Shown piece after piece: positions 18,518-28,571 of a stretch of 64,000 nt of DNA. Below the pieces are notes generated by a model. It was given only the letters and a program-made list of their open reading frames with translations, was not told the DNA's origin and did not search any database. The first letter of the stretch is position 1, and each line of letters starts with the position of its first letter. Position numbers and translations under genes: made by a program. This DNA comes from Spirochaetota bacterium (GTDB lineage Bacteria > Spirochaetota > UBA6919 > CBDBPB01): NCBI GenBank assembly GCA_965208615.1, contig CBDBPB010000007.1, positions 32,001 to 96,000 on the forward strand, written 5' to 3'.

Positions 18518-21500
18518 ATGAGTAAAAAATTATATTATATAATTTCTTTAGCGGCAATTATCCTAGGGTTATCTTCATCTGTATTACTTTCCTATACATA
18601 TTTTAAGGGGTATAACACTATTATATCTCTATTTTGTTCAGATTCCGGTTATCTTGACTGTTCTAGTGTTATTAGTGGTAAATACTCTAGTATTTTTGGG
18701 CTGCCTATATCAGTATTGGGAGTTTGGTTATATATTATGGCGGCTTTGTATTTGATATTCCCTTTAATGAATAATGATAAGAAAAACTATTTATACGGCT
18801 TATTATTTTGGATGCTTATATTAGCTAATATTGCTAACTTGGCTTTATTATTGGTCTCTATTTTTGAAAAGAATAGTCTATGTACATTTTGCGTAATACA
18901 TTATATAAGTACCCTCATGCTAACTTTTGCTGTTTTACGCAATGACTTTAAAAATAAAGTTATAAAAGAGAGCAAAAGCTATTTTAAGTCTTTATGGTCT
19001 AATAGGTTATATAAAAAAGATGTAATAACCTTTGTTATAGTTGGCTTATTTATGCTTTCTAGTTTGTTTCTATTTTCTCAAAGTACACTAAATAGTTGGA
19101 CAAAGTTAAAATTCGAATCTAGCTTTTTTAAACAAAAAATACTTGACTTTGATGCAAAAAATGTCCCGTTTATTGGGGATAGTAATGCTCCTGCTAAGTT
19201 TTTAGTATTTCATGACTATCAATGTGGAGTCTGTTTGAATAGCTATTATGAGTTTAAGGCTCTTGCGAAGGAATATCCAAAATTAGTAAAGGTACAATAT
19301 ATTAACTTTCCTTTTTTTAGTAGTTCAAGAAAGTCCAAGTTTGACTCCAATAAGCTATCCCAATATTCTTTAGTCGCACATAAGTTTGGTAAGTATTTTG
19401 AGTTTACTGAGTTAATTTATGAGAGCCTACAAAAAAAGATATATATTGACCTTAATCGCATAAAGGAGATATTTAAAAAGTTAAATATAACTAAGCCCTT
19501 TAGCGAAATAGAAAAGATTGCTAATGAGTCATCCGCTGAAATAGATAGACAAAAAGCTTTTGCTAAAAAAGTTGGTGTAAGAGGTACTCCTACTATTTTG
19601 TTTAATGGTAGAGTAATACCCTCAGGACATAACAAACGTTTTATAGATAAACTAATTGAGGTTACTAAGCTCTCAGTTAAGACTGGTAAAAGAATAGAAG
19701 ATCTTGTTGATTTGAGTACACCTTCTGTTAAGCCTAAGCCTGCTAGTAGTAAGCTAATAAGTTATTTTAGAAAGCCTGTTTTTAACTTTGATGCAAAGGA
19801 TGCCCCGTTTATTGGTGTTAAGGATGCTCCTGTTAAGTTTTTAGTATTTCACGATTATCAATGTGGATTTTGTTTACGTAGCTATTATGAGTTTAAGGCT
19901 CTTGCGAAGGAATATCCAAAATTAGTAAAGGTACAATATATTAACTTTCCTTTTTTTGGTGCTACAAAGAAGTCCAAGCTTGTATCTAATGAGTTGGCTA
20001 AATATTCCTTAGCTGCACATAAGTTTGGTAAGTATTTTGAGTTTACTGAGTTAATTTATGAGAGTATAAAGAATAATGTACCGATTGACCTTAACCAAAT
20101 AAAAGCTATTTTTAAAAAGTTAAATATAACTAAGCCCTTTAGTCAGATAGAAAAGATTGCTAATGAGTCATCCGCTGAGATAGATAGACAAAAAGCTTTT
20201 GCTAAAAAAGTTGGTGTAAGAGGTACTCCTACTATTTTGCTAAATGGCAGGGTAGCTGGTTCAGGGCATGACAGTAAGCTTATAAGTGAATTCATTGAGG
20301 TTACTAAGCTCTCAATTAAGACTGGTAAAAAAATAGAGGATCTTGTTGATTTAAGTGTACCTCCTGTTAAGCCTAAGCCTGCTGAGAATAAGCTAGCAAG
20401 TTATTTTAAACAGCCTGTTTTTAACTTTGATGCAAAGGATGCCCCGTTTATTGGTGTTAAGGATGCCCCTGTTAAGTTTTTAGTATTTCACGATTATCAA
20501 TGTGGATTTTGTTTACGTAGCTATTATGAGTTTAAGGCTCTTGCGAAGGAATATCCAAAATTAGTAAAGGTACAATATATTAACTTTCCTTTTTTTGGTG
20601 CTACAAGGAAGTCCAAGCTTGTATCTAATGAGTTAGCTAAATATTCCTTAGCTGCACATAAGTTTGGTAAGTATTTTGAGTTTACTGAGTTAATTTATGA
20701 GAGTATAAAGAATAATGTACCGATTGACCTTAACCAAATAAAAGCTATTTTTAAAAAGTTAAATATAACTAAACCCTTTAGTCAGATAGAAAAGATTGCT
20801 AATGAGTCATCCGCTGAGATAGATAGACAAAAAGCTTTTGCTAAAAAAGTTGGTGTAAATGGTACTCCTACTATTTTGTTAAATGGCAGGATAGCTGGTT
20901 CAGGTCATGACGGCAAGCTTATTGGTAAACTAATTGACCTTACTAAACTCTCGATTAAGACTGGTAAAAAAATAGAGGATCTTGTTGATTTGAGTGCACC
21001 TTCTGTTAAGCCTAAGCCTGCTGAGAATAAGCTAGTAAGTTATTTTAAACAGCCTGTTTTTAACTTTGATGCAAAGGATGCCCCGTTTATTGGTGTTAAG
21101 GATGCCCCTGTTAAGTTTTTAGTATTTCACGATTATCAATGTGGATTTTGTTTACGTAGCTATTATGAGTTTAAGGCTCTTGCGAAGGAATATCCAAAAT
21201 TAGTAAAGGTACAATATATTAACTTTCCTTTTTTTGGTGCTACAAGGAAGTCCAAGCTTGTATCTAATGAGTTAGCTAAATATTCCTTAGCTGCACATAA
21301 GTTTGGTAAGTATTTTGAGTTTACTGAGTTAATTTATGAGAGTATAAAGAATAATGTACTGATTGACCTTAACCAAATAAAAGCTATTTTTAAAAAGTTA
21401 AATATAACTAAACCCTTTAGTCGGATAGAAAAGATTGCTAATGAGTCATCCGCTGAGATAGATAGACAAAAAGCTTTTGCTAAAAAAGTTGGTGTAAGAG

Positions 21501-21640
21501 GTACTCCTACTATTTTGTTAAATGGCAGGATAGCTGGTTCAGGTCATGACGGTAAGCTTATTGGTAAACTAATTGACCTTACTAAACTCTCGATTAAGAC
21601 TGGTAAAAAAGTAGAGGATCTTATAAAAGCTGGAAACTAA
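18518..21640 (+). CDS. VKOR-family disulfide oxidoreductase fused to four DsbA-like thioredoxin domains
   Basis: VKOR loop Cys pair (FCSDSGYLDC), SSIFGLP and CTFC. Then four domains, each with HDYQ-CGxC and cis-Pro GTPT. Confidence 0.9.
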   Translation: MSKKLYYIISLAAIILGLSSSVLLSYTYFKGYNTIISLFCSDSGYLDCSSVISGKYSSIFGLPISVLGVWLYIMAALYLIFPLMNNDKKNYLYGLLFWMLILANIANLALLLVSIFEKNSLCTFCVIHYISTLMLTFAVLRNDFKNKVIKESKSYFKSLWSNRLYKKDVITFVIVGLFMLSSLFLFSQSTLNSWTKLKFESSFFKQKILDFDAKNVPFIGDSNAPAKFLVFHDYQCGVCLNSYYEFKALAKEYPKLVKVQYINFPFFSSSRKSKFDSNKLSQYSLVAHKFGKYFEFTELIYESLQKKIYIDLNRIKEIFKKLNITKPFSEIEKIANESSAEIDRQKAFAKKVGVRGTPTILFNGRVIPSGHNKRFIDKLIEVTKLSVKTGKRIEDLVDLSTPSVKPKPASSKLISYFRKPVFNFDAKDAPFIGVKDAPVKFLVFHDYQCGFCLRSYYEFKALAKEYPKLVKVQYINFPFFGATKKSKLVSNELAKYSLAAHKFGKYFEFTELIYESIKNNVPIDLNQIKAIFKKLNITKPFSQIEKIANESSAEIDRQKAFAKKVGVRGTPTILLNGRVAGSGHDSKLISEFIEVTKLSIKTGKKIEDLVDLSVPPVKPKPAENKLASYFKQPVFNFDAKDAPFIGVKDAPVKFLVFHDYQCGFCLRSYYEFKALAKEYPKLVKVQYINFPFFGATRKSKLVSNELAKYSLAAHKFGKYFEFTELIYESIKNNVPIDLNQIKAIFKKLNITKPFSQIEKIANESSAEIDRQKAFAKKVGVNGTPTILLNGRIAGSGHDGKLIGKLIDLTKLSIKTGKKIEDLVDLSAPSVKPKPAENKLVSYFKQPVFNFDAKDAPFIGVKDAPVKFLVFHDYQCGFCLRSYYEFKALAKEYPKLVKVQYINFPFFGATRKSKLVSNELAKYSLAAHKFGKYFEFTELIYESIKNNVLIDLNQIKAIFKKLNITKPFSRIEKIANESSAEIDRQKAFAKKVGVRGTPTILLNGRIAGSGHDGKLIGKLIDLTKLSIKTGKKVEDLIKAGN
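19144..21625 (+). repeat. 639-bp tandem repeat x4 (DsbA-like domains)
   Basis: Equivalent positions at 19144, 19783, 20422 and 21061. Copies 2-4 are nearly identical. Confidence 0.95.
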
Positions 21641-21664
21641 GTATTTATTAACAAGCACTTTAAA

Positions 21665-21689
21665 GACGTTATATTATAAATATAACGTC
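21665..21689. terminator. Hairpin between convergent genes
   Basis: GACGTTATATT-ATA-AATATAACGTC, a perfect 11-bp inverted repeat. Confidence 0.65.
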
Positions 21690-21715
21690 AAAGGCAGACT
21701 ATTTTTATAAAAGTC

Positions 21716-22645
21716 TTATTCTATTTTTGTGGTAAGTTTTTTAATATCCTCATTGGTTAAGTTTAAGCTGGTATTGACTATATAACCTTCGTTTTCAATT
21801 TTGATCTTGTCAATAATATTAAGAGGGAGTACTTTATTTATATTACTTCTCCCAATGAGTAATATACCCCGTAATTGGGAAGTTAGTAATTTAGCAGATA
21901 ATTCACTTTTAGAGAATCCTTTTAGCGATAGGTTAAGGTTATCACTAATATTAGAACTAATAGTAATTATATCAGGTTTACCATCCTTAGGTATTATAGG
22001 TAATGAAGGAGATTCAAGTGCTATCCAAAATAAGTTATTTTTGTTAACATTTTTGATAGCAGAATATAGTTTTTGATTATTTAAAGGTCCAGTTTTATTT
22101 TTAGTTATAATGTCTATTCCTTCGTTAATCTTTGCTGAGGATGCAATTATAATATATTTATCTTCTATAAAAGCAGTTTTTATATTTTGTCCTTTATAGC
22201 CGGTTGATATAACCTTATGCTCTTGTATTATTTCTTCCGATATTTTATATTGCCTTTTAGTGGCTTCTATAAATTTATCAGTATCATATTTTATTTTGAT
22301 AAATATGATAAACTCACTATTTTTAGCTCCTATATCAATTGTTGAGAATCCACCAGACATACAGTTAAGGTCTGTATAAAGGTTTATATTATATTTTAAG
22401 TTTATTTCATCAATTTTACTAGACAGTTTTTTGTTATTTTTGATTATGTCTATTAAAGAGGATTTAGTTAGGGTATTGGCGTTAAAGTAGAATGCGGCTT
22501 TAGACCAAGATGGTATAATTTTATCCCCACAAGTTATTTCTTGTTTTTCATTACATTGGGTAATAGATATTATAAGTAGTAGGTATAACAAAAAGCTTGG
22601 TAGTTTGTATTTTTTTTTATTACTTATTAACAGTGTATTTGTCAT
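21716..22645 (-). CDS. Hypothetical exported protein / lipoprotein
   Basis: Long ORF with a GAGG RBS before the ATG at 22645 and a hydrophobic signal ending ITQC. Confidence 0.65.
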   Translation of the reverse strand: MTNTLLISNKKKYKLPSFLLYLLLIISITQCNEKQEITCGDKIIPSWSKAAFYFNANTLTKSSLIDIIKNNKKLSSKIDEINLKYNINLYTDLNCMSGGFSTIDIGAKNSEFIIFIKIKYDTDKFIEATKRQYKISEEIIQEHKVISTGYKGQNIKTAFIEDKYIIIASSAKINEGIDIITKNKTGPLNNQKLYSAIKNVNKNNLFWIALESPSLPIIPKDGKPDIITISSNISDNLNLSLKGFSKSELSAKLLTSQLRGILLIGRSNINKVLPLNIIDKIKIENEGYIVNTSLNLTNEDIKKLTTKIE

Positions 22646-22796
22646 ATTTTCCTCGTTATATATAAAGTTTTGTATAAAGATGTTATTTAACAGTACAAAT
22701 GTCAAATATATTATTTTTTTTATATTGATTTAGGTATACATAATAGTTTAGTTTGTATTACTTTTTATAATTACTATTAAACATTAAGGTTTTTTT

Positions 22797-23240
22797 GTGG
22801 ACAAGGTTATTTATAGCCCCATTGGTTTAGTACATACTCCTTACGACTGTCCAAAGGGCATTAAGGTTAAGAAGCTATCCAAAAGGGATACCATTGGCAA
22901 GGTAGAGCTTTTTTCTGAGTATGTTGAGGGTCTTTGTGATATTAGTGGTTTTTCACATATTATACTTATTTGTCATTTGCATTTGATAGAGGGTTTTAAG
23001 CTAAAGACCATACCTTATATGGATAAAGTTTTAAGGGGTATATTTTCGACTAGGTCTCCATCAAGGCCTAATAGCATTGGATTGTCAACTGTGGAGCTTT
23101 TGGATGTTAGTGATAACTATTTAATTGTTAGGGGAGTTGATCTTGTTGATAGAACGCCTCTATTGGATATAAAGCCTTTTGTAACCAAGGTTGATTGGGT
23201 TAAAGAGCCTAGTCTTGGTTGGCTTGAGGGGCTTATATAG
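22797..23240 (+). CDS. tsaA: tRNA m6t6A37 methyltransferase TrmO/TsaA family
   Basis: PIG.VHTPY, RGIFSTRSPSRPN.IGLS and DLVD.TPLLDIKP motifs. Confidence 0.9.
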   Translation: MDKVIYSPIGLVHTPYDCPKGIKVKKLSKRDTIGKVELFSEYVEGLCDISGFSHIILICHLHLIEGFKLKTIPYMDKVLRGIFSTRSPSRPNSIGLSTVELLDVSDNYLIVRGVDLVDRTPLLDIKPFVTKVDWVKEPSLGWLEGLI

Positions 23241-23255
23241 TTTATCGGGGTTTAT

Positions 23256-24302
23256 ATGATTAGTCGTAAGAAGACGCTAAAAATTAAGTTGGGTAATATA
23301 TATATTGGTGGTGATGCTCCTATAACCATCCAGTCTATGACTAACACGGATACCAAAGATATATTGGCTACCGTTGATCAAATTAAAGAGTTAGAACGTG
23401 TTGGATGTGATATTGTTAGGGTAGCGGTTCCTAATATGAAGTCTGCAAGGGTAATTGATAAGATTAGGTCTAACATATCTATTCCGTTGATTGCTGATAT
23501 TCACTTTGATTATCGTTTAGCGTTAGAGTCTATTAAAAGGGGTGTGGATGGCCTAAGATTAAACCCTGGTAATATTACTCGGCGGGATAAGGTTGAGGCT
23601 ATTGTAAAAGAGGCTAAAAATAACAGCATACCCATTAGGATAGGGGTTAATAGTGGGTCTGTTGATAGAGATAAATATTCTATTTTATCGGCGGAGAGTT
23701 TGGTTAGTTCTGCTATGGAGCATATAAAGATTCTCGAGGGCTTGGATTATTATAATATTAAGGTATCGCTTAAGTCGGCTGATGTGCCTATGACCATAGA
23801 TAGCTATTTACTTATGAGCAAAACAAGGGACTATCCTCTTCATATTGGTATTACTGAGGCTGGTACTATGTTTAGGGGTACTATTAAAAGCTCTGTTGGC
23901 ATTGGTACCTTATTGGCTATGGGAATTGGGGATACCTTTAGGGTTTCTTTGACTGCTGATCCTGTTGAGGAGGTTAGGGTAGCAAGGCAAATATTAAATA
24001 CTTTGGGTATACGAAAAGAGGGGGTTGAGTTAATATCCTGTCCTACATGCGGGCGTTGTGATATTGATCTTATTGATATAGCCAATAAAGTTGATAAAGA
24101 GGTGGGTCATATTAAAAAGCCTATTAAGGTTGCGGTTATGGGCTGTATAGTTAATGGTCCTGGTGAGTCTAAGGGTGCTGATATTGGTATAGCTGGTGCT
24201 AAGGGTATGGGGGTTTTATTTAAGAATGGCAAAGAGGTTAGGCGGGTTAAGGAGAAGGATTTAGTTAATGTTTTGCTAGAAGAGGTAAATAAGCTTGACT
24301 AA
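23256..24302 (+). CDS. ispG: 4-hydroxy-3-methylbut-2-enyl diphosphate synthase
   Basis: QSMTNT, ADIHF, RIGVNSGS, SCPTCGR and GCIVNGPGE motifs. Confidence 0.97.
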   Translation: MISRKKTLKIKLGNIYIGGDAPITIQSMTNTDTKDILATVDQIKELERVGCDIVRVAVPNMKSARVIDKIRSNISIPLIADIHFDYRLALESIKRGVDGLRLNPGNITRRDKVEAIVKEAKNNSIPIRIGVNSGSVDRDKYSILSAESLVSSAMEHIKILEGLDYYNIKVSLKSADVPMTIDSYLLMSKTRDYPLHIGITEAGTMFRGTIKSSVGIGTLLAMGIGDTFRVSLTADPVEEVRVARQILNTLGIRKEGVELISCPTCGRCDIDLIDIANKVDKEVGHIKKPIKVAVMGCIVNGPGESKGADIGIAGAKGMGVLFKNGKEVRRVKEKDLVNVLLEEVNKLD

Positions 24303-25095
24303 CATAGAAAAGAGATATAGCGATTTAAAGGCTGTTATTGGATCATACTCTAGTGTATTAGTTGGGTTTTCTGGTGGGGTGGATTCGAGTTTCCTTGTTA
24401 AGACTGCTTATGACGTTTTGGGGGATAGGGCATTAGCAGTTATTGGTACTTCTATGTCTTACCCTGATAGAGAAGAATATAAGGCATTTAATTTAGCTAA
24501 TCAGATTGGCATACCTTGTATAAAAGTTAGTACTGATGAGATAAGTATAGAAGAGTACAGGCTTAATCGTGGGGATAGGTGTTATTTTTGCAAAAGGGAG
24601 CTATATTCAAGGCTTAATAATATTAAGGATAGTCTTAATTATGCTGAGGTGTTGGATGCAACTAATTTATCCGATATTAGTGATGATAGACCTGGTATGA
24701 GGGCTATTTCTGAGTTGGGGATAAGAACTCCTTTAGTTGATGTTGGTCTTTCTAAGACTGACATTAGGAATTTGAGTTGTAAGCTTGGTTTATCTGTATG
24801 GGATAAGCCATCATTTGCTTGTTTGTCATCTAGATTTAGTGTGGGTACTATTATTAGTGAGGATAAGCTTTTACTTATTGACAAAGGTGAGCAGTATTTA
24901 TATGATTTGGGTTTAAGGCAGTTTAGGCTTAGGTATCACGATGATTTAGTTAGGATAGAGTTATTAGAAAAGGATTTTAATATATTGATTAATAGTGATA
25001 TTCGTAATAGTTTGGTTAACAGTTTAAGGGGATTAGGTTTTCGTTTTATTACTATGGATTTATTAGGTTATAGGTCTAAGGACGGGGAGTTATAG
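24295..25095 (+). CDS. larE: ATP-dependent sacrificial sulfur transferase LarE
   Basis: SGGVDS PP-loop, RCYFCK, DDRPG and PSFACLSSRF motifs. Confidence 0.9.
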   Translation: MTNIEKRYSDLKAVIGSYSSVLVGFSGGVDSSFLVKTAYDVLGDRALAVIGTSMSYPDREEYKAFNLANQIGIPCIKVSTDEISIEEYRLNRGDRCYFCKRELYSRLNNIKDSLNYAEVLDATNLSDISDDRPGMRAISELGIRTPLVDVGLSKTDIRNLSCKLGLSVWDKPSFACLSSRFSVGTIISEDKLLLIDKGEQYLYDLGLRQFRLRYHDDLVRIELLEKDFNILINSDIRNSLVNSLRGLGFRFITMDLLGYRSKDGEL

Positions 25096-25096
25096 A

Positions 25097-26830
25097 TTGT
25101 TTAGTAGGTTAGTGGAGTTATTCAGGTATTTTAGGCCTTATTTATCGAAGGTATATATTGGTGGTGGTTTATTAGTATTATCCGTTATTTTTGAGATAGT
25201 CATTCCGAGGATAATTCGTTATATGGTTGATGAGTTAAACGTATCATCGGATATGATTAATCTTGATAGTATTTATTTTTATAGTGGTATTATGTTATTA
25301 GTTATGGTTTTTAGGGGGATTATTTTATATTATGCGAGGCTTATTTTAATTAGCATATCCCGCCGTATAGAGTATGACATTAGGAACAAGCTTTATAAGA
25401 AGCTTTTAACTTTTGAGCCTGCTTTTTTTAACAAGGCACGTACTGGTGATTTATTATCCAGGATGGTATCTGACATTGAGCAGATTAGGATGATATTTGG
25501 ACCTGGATTAATGTATTCTGCTAATGTGATTATTTTGTTTATACTTTGTTTTGCCTCTATGGTTTTGATTGATTTATACTTAACTATTTTGGCTATTATA
25601 CCGCTTTTGCTTTTGACTATCTTGATTAGGGTTGTGGGTATAAAGTATTATGAGAGGTCTAGGGATGTTCAGGAGGAGTTAGCTAATGTAGCCGCCTTTG
25701 TGGATGAGCATATACAGGGTATTAGGGTTATAAAATCTTATGTGAAGGAGGCATTTACTTTAGACATATTCCATAAGATTAATTTACGGTTTATATTAAA
25801 GAATATGTTATTCGCACGTTTAAATGGATTATTTCGTCCATTACTTATGCTTATAGTGGGTTTATCGTCTATTATTATTTTGTGGGTTGTTGGTACTAGG
25901 ATTGATAGTGGTGAGATGACTTTGGGTAATCTAATTGAGTTTTTTGTGTATATAGAGATGTTGGGTATGCCGTTAATGGCTATGGGATGGGTTTTATCTT
26001 TATTCCAGAGGGGTAGTGCCGCTTATGACAGGATTAAGGTGCTTTTGGATAGGGAGCCTAATATTGTTGATTCTGTTGACGTCAGTGGATTATATAGTTT
26101 AAAGCGTGATATTAGGTTTAAGAACTTATCATTTTCGTATAACGGCAGTTATTTAGCTTTGGATGATATTTCGTTTAGTATTAAGAGGGGGGAAAAGGTT
26201 GCTATTATAGGTCCTACTGGATCAGGTAAGACAACGTTAATATCACTTTTATTGAGGCTATACGACTGTTCTGGTATTTTTATTGATGATATACCTATAA
26301 ATGAGATTGCTCTAAAGGATTTGAGGGGTTTTATAGGTTATATACCCCAAGAGGAGTTTATATTCCCTGATAGTGTGTTGGAGAACATTAAGTTTGGTGC
26401 TAACTTAAACAGGGATTATTTGGATCCAAAACATAGTGCAAGGCTTAGCAAGTTAGACGATGAGATTAATTTATTCCCTAATAAGTATGATGAACTTATT
26501 GGTGAGAGGGGTATAACTTTATCTGGCGGACAAAAACAGAGGCTGGGTATTGCAAGGGCATTAGTTAGTGATCCTGATGTTCTTATATTTGATGATTCAT
26601 TCTCTAACATTGACTCGTCGACTGAGAGTGAAATATTAGCTAATATTTATAAGCGGTTTAGGGATAAAACGGTTATAATAGTTGCCCACCGTGCCTCTAC
26701 TATAAATAATGTGGATAAGGTTGTGGTATTGGATTATGGTAAGTTAGTTGAGATTGGTAGTCCATCAGGTTTACTTAAGGCTGGTGGATATTATGCTAAT
26801 CTAATTAACCATGAGTCTTTATCCTATTAG
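25097..26830 (+). CDS. ABC exporter, fused TMD and ATPase (MdlA-like)
   Basis: TM region, GPTGSGKT Walker A, LSGGQKQR signature. Confidence 0.93.
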   Translation: MFSRLVELFRYFRPYLSKVYIGGGLLVLSVIFEIVIPRIIRYMVDELNVSSDMINLDSIYFYSGIMLLVMVFRGIILYYARLILISISRRIEYDIRNKLYKKLLTFEPAFFNKARTGDLLSRMVSDIEQIRMIFGPGLMYSANVIILFILCFASMVLIDLYLTILAIIPLLLLTILIRVVGIKYYERSRDVQEELANVAAFVDEHIQGIRVIKSYVKEAFTLDIFHKINLRFILKNMLFARLNGLFRPLLMLIVGLSSIIILWVVGTRIDSGEMTLGNLIEFFVYIEMLGMPLMAMGWVLSLFQRGSAAYDRIKVLLDREPNIVDSVDVSGLYSLKRDIRFKNLSFSYNGSYLALDDISFSIKRGEKVAIIGPTGSGKTTLISLLLRLYDCSGIFIDDIPINEIALKDLRGFIGYIPQEEFIFPDSVLENIKFGANLNRDYLDPKHSARLSKLDDEINLFPNKYDELIGERGITLSGGQKQRLGIARALVSDPDVLIFDDSFSNIDSSTESEILANIYKRFRDKTVIIVAHRASTINNVDKVVVLDYGKLVEIGSPSGLLKAGGYYANLINHESLSY

Positions 26831-26841
26831 CCTATGGTGTT

Positions 26842-27504
26842 TTACTCTCTTTCACCAGAAAAGACTTGCACTCCGTGAAAGTAGATAGGACCATTAATAT
26901 CGTCTAGCATTACCCCTGCACCCAAATAGTTAAAGTTTTGTCTTAGTATATTTGCTCTATGACCGGGAGAGTTCATCCAGCTATCTAATGCAGACTTAGC
27001 AAATGATATATATGTATGAGGGGGTATACCATCAAAAGAGGGTACTTGTGTACCAGATTTATATTGCTTACCAAACGTTCTTATAATGTTCTCACCCCAT
27101 GAGTTAGCATTATGGCCAACGAGCCTAAGTCTATCTCCAGCAGTTGTACGGCCTTGAATAGGGCTATTATGAGAGAAGAAGTTTAGTCTTGACATATCCT
27201 CTGCATGCATTTGAGCCGCTCTTTTTAGATATGGCGAATATTTAAAAAGGGGTCTATTATTAGTAGAACGTCTAACATTGGTCTCATAGAATATAGCGGC
27301 TTGCAAAAGGGGATAGCTAATATTACTAAAGTCTATTTTTTCATTAGCTTTGTGATAACTATAAAACTGTTTATAGTTATAGGCGGCATACATTTCATCG
27401 TACCACAATTCAGCATTTTGATTATTATTGCAAAAGCTAAAAAGTGAAAGGATAATGACTAATAGGGTCATTATTAAATATCTTTTTGTTATTTTCATAC
27501 TCAT
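26842..27504 (-). CDS. CAP/SCP-domain lipoprotein
   Basis: FSF-C lipobox, HAEDM..FFSH, GENI and WMNSPGHRANIL motifs. Confidence 0.88.
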   Translation of the reverse strand: MSMKITKRYLIMTLLVIILSLFSFCNNNQNAELWYDEMYAAYNYKQFYSYHKANEKIDFSNISYPLLQAAIFYETNVRRSTNNRPLFKYSPYLKRAAQMHAEDMSRLNFFSHNSPIQGRTTAGDRLRLVGHNANSWGENIIRTFGKQYKSGTQVPSFDGIPPHTYISFAKSALDSWMNSPGHRANILRQNFNYLGAGVMLDDINGPIYFHGVQVFSGERE

Positions 27505-27645
27505 ATCTTAAAATATTGTTTGATAATTATAGTAGGACTAATACTATAAAATAAATAGGATGGTTATTACATAGCTATATAGATAATAAAAAGAAAGCCA
27601 AAAGTCAAGTGTAAACAAAGTTGAGCGTTATAGATAACAACTATA

Positions 27646-27957
27646 CTAATCTGCTTTGCTAGTATTACTAATCCATTTTAGATATTTGGGGTCACCTTCT
27701 TTAATTTCGAAGGATACTATTTCAACGGTATCGTATGGGTGTATTTCATTAATTTTGTTTATTAGTTTGGGCATAACTTCTTTTTTAGTTTTAATTATTA
27801 GCATGGACTCTTCATCATTGCATAACTCATTCTTCCAATAGTAATAGCTACTTACTTTTGGTACTATATTTACGCAAGCAGCTAATCTATCTACTACTAA
27901 GGTTTTGGCAATTGTATTAGCATTTTCTAATGGTGTGGTACAAAAAACAACACGCAT
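27646..27957 (-). CDS. cutA: Divalent-cation tolerance protein CutA
   Basis: LAACVN, S.Y.W, HPYD..EI and YLKW motifs. Confidence 0.93.
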   Translation of the reverse strand: MRVVFCTTPLENANTIAKTLVVDRLAACVNIVPKVSSYYYWKNELCNDEESMLIIKTKKEVMPKLINKINEIHPYDTVEIVSFEIKEGDPKYLKWISNTSKAD

Positions 27958-27960
27958 AAA

Positions 27961-28413
27961 CTACCTACGCAGTGGACTATAAAACCTTTGATTCTCAGCT
28001 TGAACAATTTTGTCTGTTGATAAGCCTTGCTTATAAAGTTCGTATGCCATAATAGCTTGGTTCTGACAAATATTACAGTTAGCACCATGATCAGTTGCAA
28101 AACAGCTTTTAAGGCTTTTATGCTTTATTTTTGGATGGTATTCACAATAGCAATAGCAAAATACTTTATCCAATACATGGGGTATCTCTTTAGCCAGTTT
28201 ATAAGCCTTTGCGGCTTTTCCCTTATACATACTGGCTGGCAGTATGGGTCTATTTTCTCCTCCTGGAGCCTTTGGATATGAGTTAAGAGTAGGTTGTTTA
28301 GTTGTTAGCTTATTATTAGTTGTTTTTTTATTGCAAGCAAATAGTCCAATGGTTATTACCATAAGTAAGACTAGTAGGCTATTATACCTTTTAGTAGTGG
28401 ATCGGTTTATCAT
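27961..28413 (-). CDS. PCYCGC-motif family lipoprotein
   Basis: LFA-C lipobox, FCYCYC, H.SLKSCF and HGANCNIC motifs. Confidence 0.8.
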   Translation of the reverse strand: MINRSTTKRYNSLLVLLMVITIGLFACNKKTTNNKLTTKQPTLNSYPKAPGGENRPILPASMYKGKAAKAYKLAKEIPHVLDKVFCYCYCEYHPKIKHKSLKSCFATDHGANCNICQNQAIMAYELYKQGLSTDKIVQAENQRFYSPLRR

Positions 28414-28571
28414 ATATATCTCCTATATTTATAGTCGTATTATTTTTAAGCAATATAAAATTGCCTTATATACAAGCTTAATATTTTAAGTTTAAACCAG
28501 TATATAAGTATAAAAATAACCAATAAAAGTTAATATTCAACCATATTATTAGTATTTTGTAAAGTTTATAG

